Numbered from the stretch's first letter, positions 13,905-23,209 are shown. The stretch: 25,136 bases of DNA from a virus (IMGVR_UViG_3300034284_002536:1-25136); one strand, 5' to 3'. Translations and numbers: made by a program. Notes: generated by a model from the letters alone, not told the origin.

Positions 13905-14297
13905 TTACGCCAGCGCGCGGGCCGCGCGCTGATAAGTGCCGATGGCAAGCCCGGCGCCGATGGCCGCCAGCGCGACCCAGAACAGGGGCGATCCGGTGGC
14001 GAGCGTCGCCGCGAGGCCCGCGCCACCGCTGACGAACAGCGCATCCCGCAGGCAGTCGCGCGCGGCGCGCCAGCCGGGCGCGACGGCATAGTCCGGCAAT
14101 TCCTTCGCCACCGCATAGACCAGCCCTACGACGATCCACGCCGCCAGCGCATTGCCGCCGGCCTGCACCCACGCGCCGGCCAGCGCGACGCCCAGCAGCG
14201 CGTGCCCGGCCTGGACCGTCAGCCAGCCATACCAGTCGCGGCCCTGGTCGTCCGGGCGCGCGAGTTCGGCCAGGATCGCGCGGATGACGCGGGTCAT
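13905..14297 (-). CDS. Hypothetical multi-pass membrane protein
   Basis: About four hydrophobic segments with H...KE...D residues; ATGA-coupled to the upstream gene. Confidence 0.75.
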   Translation of the reverse strand: MTRVIRAILAELARPDDQGRDWYGWLTVQAGHALLGVALAGAWVQAGGNALAAWIVVGLVYAVAKELPDYAVAPGWRAARDCLRDALFVSGGAGLAATLATGSPLFWVALAAIGAGLAIGTYQRAARALA

Positions 14298-14677
14298 GGG
14301 ATCGACGCGCCGAGCGCGAACAGCGCGTCCACCTGTTCCGCCGTCGCGACACCGGCCGCGACCATCGCCGCGATCAGCGGGTGATCGCGCGGCACGTCGC
14401 GCATCGTCGCCCAGGTCAGGCGCGCGAGGAACGCATCCTGCGCCGGCAGCGTGGCGAAGACGGCTTCCACCGCCGCAGGCACTTCGCCCGTGCGACCAGC
14501 GGCCAGCGCCTCGGCCTGCGTGATCATGCCGGTGAGCGCGAGGGCGGCGAATAGCTGGCGGCTGGTGAGGACGATGGGCGCGGGCGGCGGCGTTGCCTGA
14601 TCCGCCTCGCGCGCTGCGATTTCTTCATCCGTCAGGGGCACCAGCGTGCCGTCGATTGCAGATCGCATCGGTCGCAT
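14294..14677 (-). CDS. Probable tail fibre accessory/assembly protein
   Basis: VPLTDEEIAAREAD...LTSRQLFAAL...RDHPLI...QVDALF pattern typical of genes following fibre genes. Confidence 0.65.
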   Translation of the reverse strand: MRPMRSAIDGTLVPLTDEEIAAREADQATPPPAPIVLTSRQLFAALALTGMITQAEALAAGRTGEVPAAVEAVFATLPAQDAFLARLTWATMRDVPRDHPLIAAMVAAGVATAEQVDALFALGASIP

Positions 14678-15783
14678 CAGCGCAGGCCCTCCAGGACGAA
14701 CGTTGCCGACAGCGTGCCGCTGCCCACGAATAGGCGGATGGCGTTCATGCGGGCGTTGGTGCCTTCCCAGACGCCGTTGTAAGTGCCAGTCACGAAAACT
14801 GGCGTGTCAGTTGCGCCGGTGGACAGCCCGCGCACCCGTGCGCGGATCGTCGCACTTCCCGGCGTGATGATGTATTCGGCCTGGAGCGCGTTCGCCGCGT
14901 TGTTGTGCAGCCCGCCGCCCAAAGAAATCCGCGAAAGCGCGCCGGTATCAAACGGATAATTCACTCCTCCATATGTCTCGTTGCCGAATACGCGATAGTT
15001 GCTGCTGGACAGGAACGTCGCGCCGCCGTCGCTCGAAAACCGCAGCAACAGCCGCTCCGCATTCACGCTCGGCACCGCATCCAGCACCTGCAACCGATAC
15101 GCGCGAAATGCCGTGGGCAGCGCGAAGTCTAGCTGCGCCACCGAAGTGACGACGCGCGGCACCTCGCACAACTGCCAGCCATACCCGCCGGCCGGCTGGA
15201 AATAGGTGACGATCCAGTTGCCGCCGCCGAGGCTCACCGCCTCTGCCGTGTCGCCCGCCGCCGTGACGATGCTCGCGCCGCCCGGCAGGATCAGGCTGCT
15301 CGCGTTGTGCGTCAGCGTGAGGCTGGCCGCGAACCGCAGCTTGCGCGTCACGCCGCTCGGCGCCGTGCCCAGCGCCGTGATCGTCGTCGTGCCGGTAATC
15401 CGCACCGCCTGCCCGGCCGCCGCGCCGATATCGGTGGTGCCGGCGCTGGCGACATCCACCCAGGGCGGCTCGACGCCGACAGCGATCACCCGATCCGCCG
15501 GCAGATAATTGAAGACGCGGGTCAGGCCGGTGAAATTCAGCCGGGCCGTGGTGCCCAGGCTATTCCGCAGCACCGTGGTCCTGGTCAGCGTGTTCGGCGT
15601 GCCGGAGGCGACGGTGCCGACGCCGGTCTCCCATTGCGTCCCGTCTTCCAGCGTGTAGTAGACGGTGGCGCCGCTGCCAAACGCGGCGACGAAGCCCTGG
15701 CGGCCCGTCACCGGGCCGATCAGGTTGATCGTCGCGGACGATCCCGGGTTGTTCGCGGTTTCGCGGACAAAGTCGCGCAGCAT
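14677..15783 (-). CDS. Tail fibre / receptor-binding protein
   Basis: Thr/Gly-rich beta-structured modular protein at the end of the tail cluster; N-terminal DFVRET...YYTLEDGTQWETGVGT anchor module; in-frame GTG at 15786 also possible. Confidence 0.75.
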   Translation of the reverse strand: MLRDFVRETANNPGSSATINLIGPVTGRQGFVAAFGSGATVYYTLEDGTQWETGVGTVASGTPNTLTRTTVLRNSLGTTARLNFTGLTRVFNYLPADRVIAVGVEPPWVDVASAGTTDIGAAAGQAVRITGTTTITALGTAPSGVTRKLRFAASLTLTHNASSLILPGGASIVTAAGDTAEAVSLGGGNWIVTYFQPAGGYGWQLCEVPRVVTSVAQLDFALPTAFRAYRLQVLDAVPSVNAERLLLRFSSDGGATFLSSSNYRVFGNETYGGVNYPFDTGALSRISLGGGLHNNAANALQAEYIITPGSATIRARVRGLSTGATDTPVFVTGTYNGVWEGTNARMNAIRLFVGSGTLSATFVLEGLR

Positions 15784-16577
15784 CACAGCCTCTCCTCGAT
15801 GGTGGCCGACCAGGCGCGCAGCCGCGGCGTCGGCGACGGGAACGTCACGGGGGCCGCATCGCGCAGCGGGCCGAACACGGCGTCGCGCGCCACATCGGCG
15901 CCCGCCGGAAATGGCAGGAACAGCAGGTTGCCGCCGGCTTCCGTCGCGCGCTGGATCTCCATCACCAGCGGCCAGACCTCCGCCGCCGCCAGCGACGGCA
16001 GGCTGATGGCCCAGGCGCGGCGCGCATGCCGCAGGTCGAAGAAGCTCTGCCCGCCGCGCGTCCGCACTTCGCCGCGTTCTGCGGCGCGCTGCACGCGGCT
16101 GTCATAGCCCAGGTTGCGCGCCGGCCGGCGCAGCGTGCCGGCGAACAGCTGCGCGGCGCGCAGGCAGGATTCGGGGTTGCCGGGGTCCGCGATGTCCACC
16201 CGCACATATCGTGCGGTGACGGTCGATCCGGGCAGGTGGATTGCCTGCCGGTAGCCGGGCGCCACCAGGCCGGCCACCACGCCACTATCCGCGATGGCCG
16301 TGCCGAAGGCCGGGTCGCCGGAAAAGCGCACACGCACCGTCGCGGCCGGCGTCAGGTTGGCGTTGAACAGCCCGACCGCATCCCACGCGACCGCCGCGCC
16401 CGCGTCCAGCTGCGCCCAGCCAGCGGTGGTGCCGACAGGCGTTTGCCAGGACCGGCTGGTGGCCCCCTGGTCATTGGCCAGCTGGCTGACATCCAGCGGC
16501 TGGATCTGCGCGGATGCACTCAGCGTGCCGGTCAGCGCGCGGTTGTCGGTGGGCAGCCCGAAGGCACAATTGCTCAT
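15783..16577 (-). CDS. Minor tail (distal tail/baseplate) protein
   Basis: Position after the tail-tip gene; discoidin/CBM-like SWQT...ARYVRVDI segment. Confidence 0.7.
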   Translation of the reverse strand: MSNCAFGLPTDNRALTGTLSASAQIQPLDVSQLANDQGATSRSWQTPVGTTAGWAQLDAGAAVAWDAVGLFNANLTPAATVRVRFSGDPAFGTAIADSGVVAGLVAPGYRQAIHLPGSTVTARYVRVDIADPGNPESCLRAAQLFAGTLRRPARNLGYDSRVQRAAERGEVRTRGGQSFFDLRHARRAWAISLPSLAAAEVWPLVMEIQRATEAGGNLLFLPFPAGADVARDAVFGPLRDAAPVTFPSPTPRLRAWSATIEERL

Positions 16578-18322
16578 ACCAGCACCTGCAGGATCGCGAG
16601 GTTGTCGGCCGTCCGCAGCTGTTCACCCACGATGCGGCCCAGCGCGGGCACCGGCAGCGTGCCGGGCCAGGTGATCGTCACCGGTTCCCCGATGTCGTGG
16701 CGCAGCGCATAGGCCAGCGGCAGCGTCACGTCGTACAGCCGGCGGCCCACCGCGACGCACCACAGGTCGCGCAGCGTGTCGGACAGGGATTGCGCGGCGG
16801 CGGCGCTGGTCAGCGCGGTTTCCACGACCGACGGTTCGGACGGCCGGCGCCAGGCAACCAACACATCGGCCGAGGCGGCGGTCGTCACGCGCCACGCCTC
16901 CGCCAGGTCCTGCCGCCGCGCGCCACTTAGCGTCGGCGCCAGGTCCGAGGTCTGGGTGGTGTGGAACCGGCTGTGGCCCACGCGGATGCGCGCGGGCGGC
17001 GGGCTCAGCGGCAGGCCCAAATCCAGCGGCACGCAATTCACGATCTGATCCGGCGAATACGCCGCGACAGGCAGCGCGCCGCCACCGAAGGCCCGCAGCC
17101 CGATGGCAGCCAGCCGGCCGTTGCGGCGGGGCACCAGCCGCGCGGCGGCGCTGCGCAGCAACAGCCCGACCAGGTCCAGCGCGTCCGGCGCCTCATCCCC
17201 CACCCAGACGCCAGCGGGCCATGCGGCGGCGCCGGCCAGGCCGAGGAACGACCCCGCGTCCAGATACTCGGCCGGCACGGCGAAGTCCTGGCGCAGCAGT
17301 TCCAGCGCCACTTCCGCGGCGGAGGACGGCGCGGCGCCGCTGGCGAAGCCGCCCCAGGCATCCACCGTGATCTGCCCAGCCGGCGGGAAGGTGCCCAGGC
17401 GAATGAACAGGCCCCGGGCGGAGCTTTCGACATTGTAGGTCGCGGCCGGCGGGGCGGCGGCGGTGATGTCCGCGACCACGGCATTCAGCGTGATGCCGCC
17501 CGCCAGGCCGCGTTCGTACAGCGCGACGATGCCGCCGGCCGCGTCGCTGACCTGGTAGATGCCCGCCACGGGGTCGACCAGCAGCGGCGCGATCTCTCGC
17601 ACCGGATGGGCGGCGCTGCCGCCGCGCAGGCGCGGCTTGCGCTTGCCGGCCAGCGCCGCGCCGCCTTCCAGCCCGCCGGTGCCGGCATAGCTCGCGCCAT
17701 CGGCGGGGCGTTCCAGCCACCAGGACGGGTCGCGCAGGGCCAGGACCAGGTCCTGCCCATCCAGCCGCCAGCCCGCGCCGAGGCCGGAGATCAGTTCCGC
17801 CGTCTCGGCCCAGGCGGGGTCGCGCCACACGCCATGCGGCAGCAGCTGCTTGCGGCCCATCCGCACCCGCACCGGCCGGCCATCCGCATTGCGCGTGCCG
17901 GCCAGCGATGCCAGCGCCCCGCCTTCATCCGCGAAGCGCAGCTGGCCCCAGCCCCAGGCGGCGGCGCGGCCATCGGGCGCCAGGTCCATGCGGCGGTCCA
18001 GATCGACGCCGCTGGTCAGGATGGGCGGATAGGCCTGCAGGCCGGCGGGATCGTTTTCCCGCGTCACCCAGCCGGCATCCGATGCGCGCAGGATGGTGAA
18101 ATCCGCCAGCAGCGCAGGCTGTTCGGTCAGGCTGCCCCATTCCGCCTCGCCCCAGGCCAGGGCGGGATCGGTGGCGTTGACGGCGCCGGGCTGGAAGACC
18201 TCGACCTCCGCCGCCAGGAACGCCAGGCCGGGCTCATCCACCAGCCGATAGGCGGGGGGCAGGCCTTCGGCGGGGGCGTCGATTTCGCCCCAGGCCAGCT
18301 CGCCCCATGCGGTGCCGCTCAT
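16574..18322 (-). CDS. Tail tip / baseplate hub-like protein (582 aa)
   Basis: Directly after the tape measure; YAGTGGLEGG...GKRKP motif; C-terminal DIGEPVTITW OB-like end. Confidence 0.72.
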   Translation of the reverse strand: MSGTAWGELAWGEIDAPAEGLPPAYRLVDEPGLAFLAAEVEVFQPGAVNATDPALAWGEAEWGSLTEQPALLADFTILRASDAGWVTRENDPAGLQAYPPILTSGVDLDRRMDLAPDGRAAAWGWGQLRFADEGGALASLAGTRNADGRPVRVRMGRKQLLPHGVWRDPAWAETAELISGLGAGWRLDGQDLVLALRDPSWWLERPADGASYAGTGGLEGGAALAGKRKPRLRGGSAAHPVREIAPLLVDPVAGIYQVSDAAGGIVALYERGLAGGITLNAVVADITAAAPPAATYNVESSARGLFIRLGTFPPAGQITVDAWGGFASGAAPSSAAEVALELLRQDFAVPAEYLDAGSFLGLAGAAAWPAGVWVGDEAPDALDLVGLLLRSAAARLVPRRNGRLAAIGLRAFGGGALPVAAYSPDQIVNCVPLDLGLPLSPPPARIRVGHSRFHTTQTSDLAPTLSGARRQDLAEAWRVTTAASADVLVAWRRPSEPSVVETALTSAAAAQSLSDTLRDLWCVAVGRRLYDVTLPLAYALRHDIGEPVTITWPGTLPVPALGRIVGEQLRTADNLAILQVLV

Positions 18323-21123
18323 GCCAGCCTCAGGGCCGGATTGGCATTGGCCTGCCGGACATCGGCGCGCAGGCGCCCGACCTCCTCCTGCAGGCGCGCC
18401 AGGGCGGCGACCAGCGTGTCGGTCTGTTCGCGCTGCGTCGCCTGCAGGACGCTGGCGGTCAGCGCATCGGCGCCGACCGACCCGATCTGCTCGAGCGTCG
18501 CGATGATGCGATCTTCGGCCGAGGCAAAGCCCTGGCCGGTGCCGAAGACCTGGCGCGACAGGCCGCGGAACTGTTCCGCCGCCGCCTGCACCCGGCCTAT
18601 CGCCGCCGCGTCGCCGCCGCGCGCCGCGGCGCTGATGCGTTCGAATTCCGCTTCCGCCGCCGCAAGGCGGGACAGCGGGTTGCCGGTGTTGTCGTTGGCG
18701 GTCCGGAGCGACCGGGCGTAATCCGCCAGCCCGTCCAGGCCGCCGGCCACGGGCGCGACCAGCCGCGCGGTGGCTTCGCGGATCGCGCGGTCTTGCGCGG
18801 CCTGCACTTCATCCAGGCCGAAGCCCAGCCGCTGCGCGGAATCGCGCACGCCGTCGAACTGCCGGCGCACCGCGCCCAGCGGGTCCGCGGCGTCGCGCGC
18901 GGCCTGGGCGAAGGCTTCCAGCTGCTTCGCCAGCGCATCCGCCGATTGCGCCGCACCCAGTTGCCCGCCGAAGGTGTCGCCGCCGGTGCGATCGATGGCG
19001 CCCTGGATCCGCGCATCCGCCGCCGTCAGGCGCAGCTGGGTCGTGACATCGTTCAGGCTGCCGATCTGGGTATGGCCCCGGACATTGGCCCCGAGGTCCA
19101 CCCGGCCCGAGGCCCGCAAGCCCAGCGCGGCCATCTGCTGGTTGATCGCCGCCATCTGCTGCGCGGTCTGCTGCTGCAGCGCCGTGAGCTGTTCGCCCGC
19201 GCGCTTCTGGCCGGCATTGCCGGCCGCCAGCATCCCATCGGCGCCGGCTTCGACGGTCAGGTTGTAGAAGCCGGGCCGAGAGCGCGGGCCGAACAGGCCG
19301 CCGATGGCCCCGCCGGCCGCGCCGCCGATTAGCGCGCCCACCGGGCCGCCGACCATGAAGCCCGCCGCCGCACCCAGCCCGCCGCCGATGGCGCCGCCGG
19401 TGCTGTTGCCGCCCGTCGCACTGGCGATCAAGCCGCCGCCCATCGCGCCCAGCGCAGCCGGCCCTAGGACGGAGCCCAGGGTGACGAACCCGCCCGACGT
19501 CGCCGCCGCGCCGCCAGCCGCTTCCAGCGCCGCCAGACCGCCCGCGCCGGATAGCCCGCCCGCAGACAGGCCCGCGCTTCCCGCCATCAGCGGCGTGGCC
19601 AGCAACCCCGACACGCCGCCCCCGCCGAACAGGCTGCTCAGGCCGGACAGGCCGCCGCCCAGCGACAGCAGCCCGCCAAGCCCGCCACCATCGCCCCCCA
19701 GCGCCGCCGCCGCGCCGCCCAGCGTGGGGCGCGACAGGCCGAACAGGCCGTTGGTCAGCGGGTTCACCACCGCCAACCGCAGCAGGTCCGTGGCGGCGGA
19801 TGCAATGACGCCCCGCATGATGTTGCCGAAGTTCAGCGCGGCCTGTTCGCCGCGCACGAAGGCATCCACCAGGCTGCCGCCGATGCGGTCCAGGGCGTTT
19901 TCGCCGATGCGGGCGAAGGATTCCAGGGACTGCCGTTCGAACCGGCGCTGCGCTTCCTCGCGCCGGCGTTCGTCCTGTTCTTCCTGCTGCTCGATGCGCT
20001 GCTGCGCGGCCTGGAACGCGCGCACATGGGCGTCCGCGTCCTGGGCGCGCGGGGCAGCGGGCGCGCGAGGCCCAGCGGTTGGACGGCCCGCCGCGGGCGG
20101 TTCCGGGCCAATCGGGCGGGCATAGATGACGGATCCCTGGTCGGACCCCAGCGCGGCCAGCCGCCGCTGGATCTCGGCCCGTTCCGCCGCCAGGGCCGCC
20201 GTGCGTTCCTGCACCAGCCGCACCTGTTCGTTCAGGAAGCGCAGGGTGTTTTCGCGTTCCGCCGCCGGCACGCCAGGGAAGCCCAGCGCGGCATAAGCGC
20301 CGGCATCCTCGCTGGCCGCCGCGATGCTGCCCGGCAGGTTGTTGGCGCGGGTGGCCAGCCGCGCAGCTTCCAGTTCCTGTTCCGCCGCCGTCGCTTCCAG
20401 CGTCGCGCGCTGTTCGGCGCGCCGTGCATTGGCCAGGCGGATGCTGCGGTCTTCGGCGGTCTCGACCAGGTCGTTCGTGGCTTCGATCGCGCGGCGGTAC
20501 AGCTCCTGCGATTCGGCGGAGCCTTCCAGGATCCTATTCAGCCGCTCCTGTTCCGTGCCGTAGCTGGCGGCCTGGGACTTGATCAGCTCATAGGCGGCAT
20601 AAAGCCCGCCGGCCGCCGCCGCGACGGCACCCAGCACGGGCACGACCATGCCCAGCGACGTCGCGCCGCTGCGCGCGGCCAGCGATGCGGTGCTGAAGGC
20701 GTCGGCGACATTGCCGATCTGCGATGCGACAGGCCCCAGCGCCTGGGACACGCCGCCCGCCCCCAGCAGCTCCATCGCCCCGCGCAGATCGGACACCCCG
20801 CGCCGGGCGGCGTTGGTGCGGCTTTCCATCGCGTCCAGGCTGGCGGAGGCGCGCTGCATCTGGCCGGGCAGCGTCGCCGCCGCCTGCGCCGCGCGGCCCT
20901 GCGCGTCCTGCAGATCCCGCGTGCGATCGGCCGCGCGCTTGGTCGCCTCCTCCGCCCGCACCATCGACGATGCCAGCTCGGGGCTGGCCTGGATCAGCTT
21001 GCTGAAGGCCGCATGCACGCCATCGGTCGTGCCGCTCAGCCGCCCCATCTCGGCCGAGAATTCGCGCAGGCCTTCGGCGCTGATCCGGAACGAATAGCCC
21101 TTGCCGCCCGTGCTGCCGCTCAT
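18319..21123 (-). CDS. Tail tape measure protein (934 aa)
   Basis: Long Ala/Gly-rich helical protein with coiled coils and Gly-rich hydrophobic stretches, downstream of the tail chaperones. Confidence 0.92.
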   Translation of the reverse strand: MSGSTGGKGYSFRISAEGLREFSAEMGRLSGTTDGVHAAFSKLIQASPELASSMVRAEEATKRAADRTRDLQDAQGRAAQAAATLPGQMQRASASLDAMESRTNAARRGVSDLRGAMELLGAGGVSQALGPVASQIGNVADAFSTASLAARSGATSLGMVVPVLGAVAAAAGGLYAAYELIKSQAASYGTEQERLNRILEGSAESQELYRRAIEATNDLVETAEDRSIRLANARRAEQRATLEATAAEQELEAARLATRANNLPGSIAAASEDAGAYAALGFPGVPAAERENTLRFLNEQVRLVQERTAALAAERAEIQRRLAALGSDQGSVIYARPIGPEPPAAGRPTAGPRAPAAPRAQDADAHVRAFQAAQQRIEQQEEQDERRREEAQRRFERQSLESFARIGENALDRIGGSLVDAFVRGEQAALNFGNIMRGVIASAATDLLRLAVVNPLTNGLFGLSRPTLGGAAAALGGDGGGLGGLLSLGGGLSGLSSLFGGGGVSGLLATPLMAGSAGLSAGGLSGAGGLAALEAAGGAAATSGGFVTLGSVLGPAALGAMGGGLIASATGGNSTGGAIGGGLGAAAGFMVGGPVGALIGGAAGGAIGGLFGPRSRPGFYNLTVEAGADGMLAAGNAGQKRAGEQLTALQQQTAQQMAAINQQMAALGLRASGRVDLGANVRGHTQIGSLNDVTTQLRLTAADARIQGAIDRTGGDTFGGQLGAAQSADALAKQLEAFAQAARDAADPLGAVRRQFDGVRDSAQRLGFGLDEVQAAQDRAIREATARLVAPVAGGLDGLADYARSLRTANDNTGNPLSRLAAAEAEFERISAAARGGDAAAIGRVQAAAEQFRGLSRQVFGTGQGFASAEDRIIATLEQIGSVGADALTASVLQATQREQTDTLVAALARLQEEVGRLRADVRQANANPALRLA

Positions 21124-21124
21124 G

Positions 21125-21802
21125 TCACCCCACCCCCAGGCGGCGCGCCGCCTGTTCGATCTGGCGCGGGGCCAGGTCTGCCCATTTCCGCACCGTCTCC
21201 TCCGGCCGCAGGCGCTGCGGCAGGGTGACGGCGGGGACCAGCACGAACATCACGATGGGCTTTGCCACGCGGCCCTGCCGGGCGCGGCCTTCGGTGGCGC
21301 GGCGCACGCGGCCGGACCGGCCGATGGTCTGGCGGCGCAGCACCAGGAAGCCCCAGGCCTTGCCGCCCGATTTGTTCGGCATCACGTCCAGCCTCTCGCC
21401 GAAATGCTTGGACACCTCATCCGGCGTCATCCGCCGGCCGCCGCGCGCGGCGCGCGGCACATGCTTGGTCGGGATGGCCAGCGCGGTGCCGGCCTGGGTC
21501 GGGACCACATCCGTCCCGCGATGCGCGCCCAGGATGGCGCCGGCATTGCTGCCCTTGCGCGGATGCACCCACACCACGGGCGGGCGGCCATCTTCCCGCG
21601 CCGGATACAGCGTCGCGGTGACGGTGGTGGGCATGCGGCGGCTGCCGGGGAAGGCGCGCATGATGTCCTGGCGCAGATCCGTCAGCAGGCCTTCGCGCAC
21701 GCCAGCCAGCCCGGCTTCCACCGCCTGCACCGCGCGGGCCTGGAAGTCGCGGATCTGCTGCGTCGGGGGCGTGCCGGACAGCGCGGCGCGAATCGCCACC
21801 AT
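21125..21802 (-). CDS. DUF6441-like phage protein (putative neck/tail-completion family)
   Basis: ATG 21802 in TGATG overlap; motifs LAIPT, RRMTP, MFVLVPAVTLPQRL recalled as characteristic of this family; basic protein. Confidence 0.7.
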   Translation of the reverse strand: MVAIRAALSGTPPTQQIRDFQARAVQAVEAGLAGVREGLLTDLRQDIMRAFPGSRRMPTTVTATLYPAREDGRPPVVWVHPRKGSNAGAILGAHRGTDVVPTQAGTALAIPTKHVPRAARGGRRMTPDEVSKHFGERLDVMPNKSGGKAWGFLVLRRQTIGRSGRVRRATEGRARQGRVAKPIVMFVLVPAVTLPQRLRPEETVRKWADLAPRQIEQAARRLGVG

Positions 21803-22715
21803 CAGCCGCGATTCCTTCGGGCGTCGTCCATGCGGTGTTCCTCCGCCGCCAGGACGCCGAAGGCATCCAGCAGCCATGCGGGCTGGTCGTTGATGCCGCC
21901 GGCCTGGGGCAGCCAGCCGCGCGCCATGCCGCCCTGGGATTGCCGCCACAGCGCGACCACGCGCAGCCAGGCGGCGGGCAGCAGGTGGCGGGGGTTGCGC
22001 CACCACAGCACGTCCTGGCCGCGCCATTGCCCCACGCGGATCCAGCCGCCCTCCACCGGCCGCAGGCCGAAGGCAAAGGCCTTCGGCGCGCGCGACAGGT
22101 GCAGGGCGGCGATCAGTTTTTTGCCGCGTCCGCGCTGGGGGACAGCAGCGCGCCGATGGCATCCGCCAGGGCGGGCACATGCGGGCTGGGCAGGTCGCCC
22201 GCCGTGGCGTGATTGAGCCGCGCGGGGCGGCCATCGATCTCGATCAGCCCGGCCATGATCAGGTCCAGCGCGGCGGCGCGCATGGCGGCGGCGGTGCCGT
22301 CCCGCAGCTTCTTCAGCGGGGCGGCATCCCCGAACATCTCCAGCGCCAGGCGCCGCTTGCGGCCGGTGCGGAGCAGATCGGCCTGCAGCCGGGCATGGTC
22401 CGCCTGGTTGAGCCCCAGCCACATCGCGCGGCCTTCCTCATCCAGCGCCGGGGGCGCGGCGGCGTAGAAGGCGGACAGCGCGTCTTCCGCTTCCTCATGC
22501 GCCGTCACGGCTTCGGCCAGGTCCGCCCGGCCGGCGGCTTCGGCGGCCTGGCGCAGGGCTTCGTTGATCATCTCGAGGCTCGCGACACGCTGTTCGGCGC
22601 GGGCCAGCTGCAGGCCGGAATGTTCGGCATAGGTCAGGGCGCGGACGGTATAGGCCACGCCGTCGAGCTGCAGCGTGCGTCGCTGGCCGGCGGCCAGGAC
22701 GGGGATATCGGTCAT
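21802..22715 (-). CDS. Tail assembly chaperone, -1 frameshifted (gpGT-like) product
   Basis: Slippery A AAA AAC (22122-22116) immediately before the gpG stop. The -1 frame continues LIAALHLSR...LPQAGGINDQPAWLLDAF to the stop at 21802 with no convincing independent start. Confidence 0.78.
22113..22715 (-). CDS. Tail assembly chaperone (gpG-like, 200 aa)
   Basis: Lies between tail tube and tape measure; AAGGA SD; ends ...DAAKN*. Confidence 0.82.
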   Translation of the reverse strand: MTDIPVLAAGQRRTLQLDGVAYTVRALTYAEHSGLQLARAEQRVASLEMINEALRQAAEAAGRADLAEAVTAHEEAEDALSAFYAAAPPALDEEGRAMWLGLNQADHARLQADLLRTGRKRRLALEMFGDAAPLKKLRDGTAAAMRAAALDLIMAGLIEIDGRPARLNHATAGDLPSPHVPALADAIGALLSPSADAAKN

Positions 22716-22732
22716 GGGGGGGGGTGTCCTTG

Positions 22733-22809
22733 TGTCGGCAAGGTGGCGGGCGGGACCGACATCCCGCCCGCCTTCGCGTGCACGCTAGTCGTCCCGGTGT
22801 CGGCCGGGA
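22733..22809 (-). other. Structured RNA element: two hairpins with complementary 6-nt loops plus a third motif copy by the SD
   Basis: Stem 22745-22755/22762-22772 and stem 22792-22797/22804-22809 have loops CCGACA and TGTCGG (plus strand); TGTCGG recurs at 22733-22738. Confidence 0.65.
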
Positions 22810-22878
22810 TCGTTGCGGGACTGGCGCAAAGGGGGCGCCAGCCCCATATTCCGGGGTCGGAACGGGAAGGAGGCCGCG

Positions 22879-23202
22879 ATGGGCCGCGTGATCTTGGTAT
22901 CTGGCTTGGCCATCGCCGCGGCGCTGGGCGTGCTGCAGCTGACGGTGCTGAACAACGCCCCGCCACCGGACCCGGCCGCCATCGTCAACAGCCCGCGGGA
23001 CCAGGCCAGCCAGCGCGCCTATGCCGAGGCGATCCGGCTGACCGATCGCCCCTGGACCAACACGACGCCAGCCGAGGACGCGGCCAGGGACTGCGAAGCC
23101 CGCGCCCGGATGGCGGCGGCGGTGCACCGGGCAGACCCCGCGCAGGTGCGGGAAGCCTGCCTGTTCACTTGGCGCAGCACGGGCGCGCTGCCGCGCCCGT
23201 GA
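22879..23202 (+). CDS. Moron-like membrane-anchored/exported protein (107 aa) in opposite orientation to the tail operon
   Basis: AAGGAGG SD; N-terminal hydrophobic segment VILVSGLAIAAALGVLQLTVL; two Cys; stop is 7 nt from the convergent tail tube stop. Confidence 0.75.
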   Translation: MGRVILVSGLAIAAALGVLQLTVLNNAPPPDPAAIVNSPRDQASQRAYAEAIRLTDRPWTNTTPAEDAARDCEARARMAAAVHRADPAQVREACLFTWRSTGALPRP

Positions 23203-23209
23203 CGCGCGG

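Noticed and set aside
14677-15200. Diversity-generating retroelement target or invertible fibre cassette
   Set aside because: No template repeat, reverse transcriptase, invertase or second fibre end is visible in the window.
19300-19720. Low-complexity GCC/CCG repeats resembling a tandem array
   Set aside because: They encode the Gly/Ala-rich hydrophobic part of the tape measure protein; there is no repeat-spacer structure, so not CRISPR.
22716-22724. G9/C9 homopolymer as a phase-variation tract between SD and start codon
   Set aside because: It could alter SD spacing, but a single sequence gives no evidence of length variation; read-level data would be needed.
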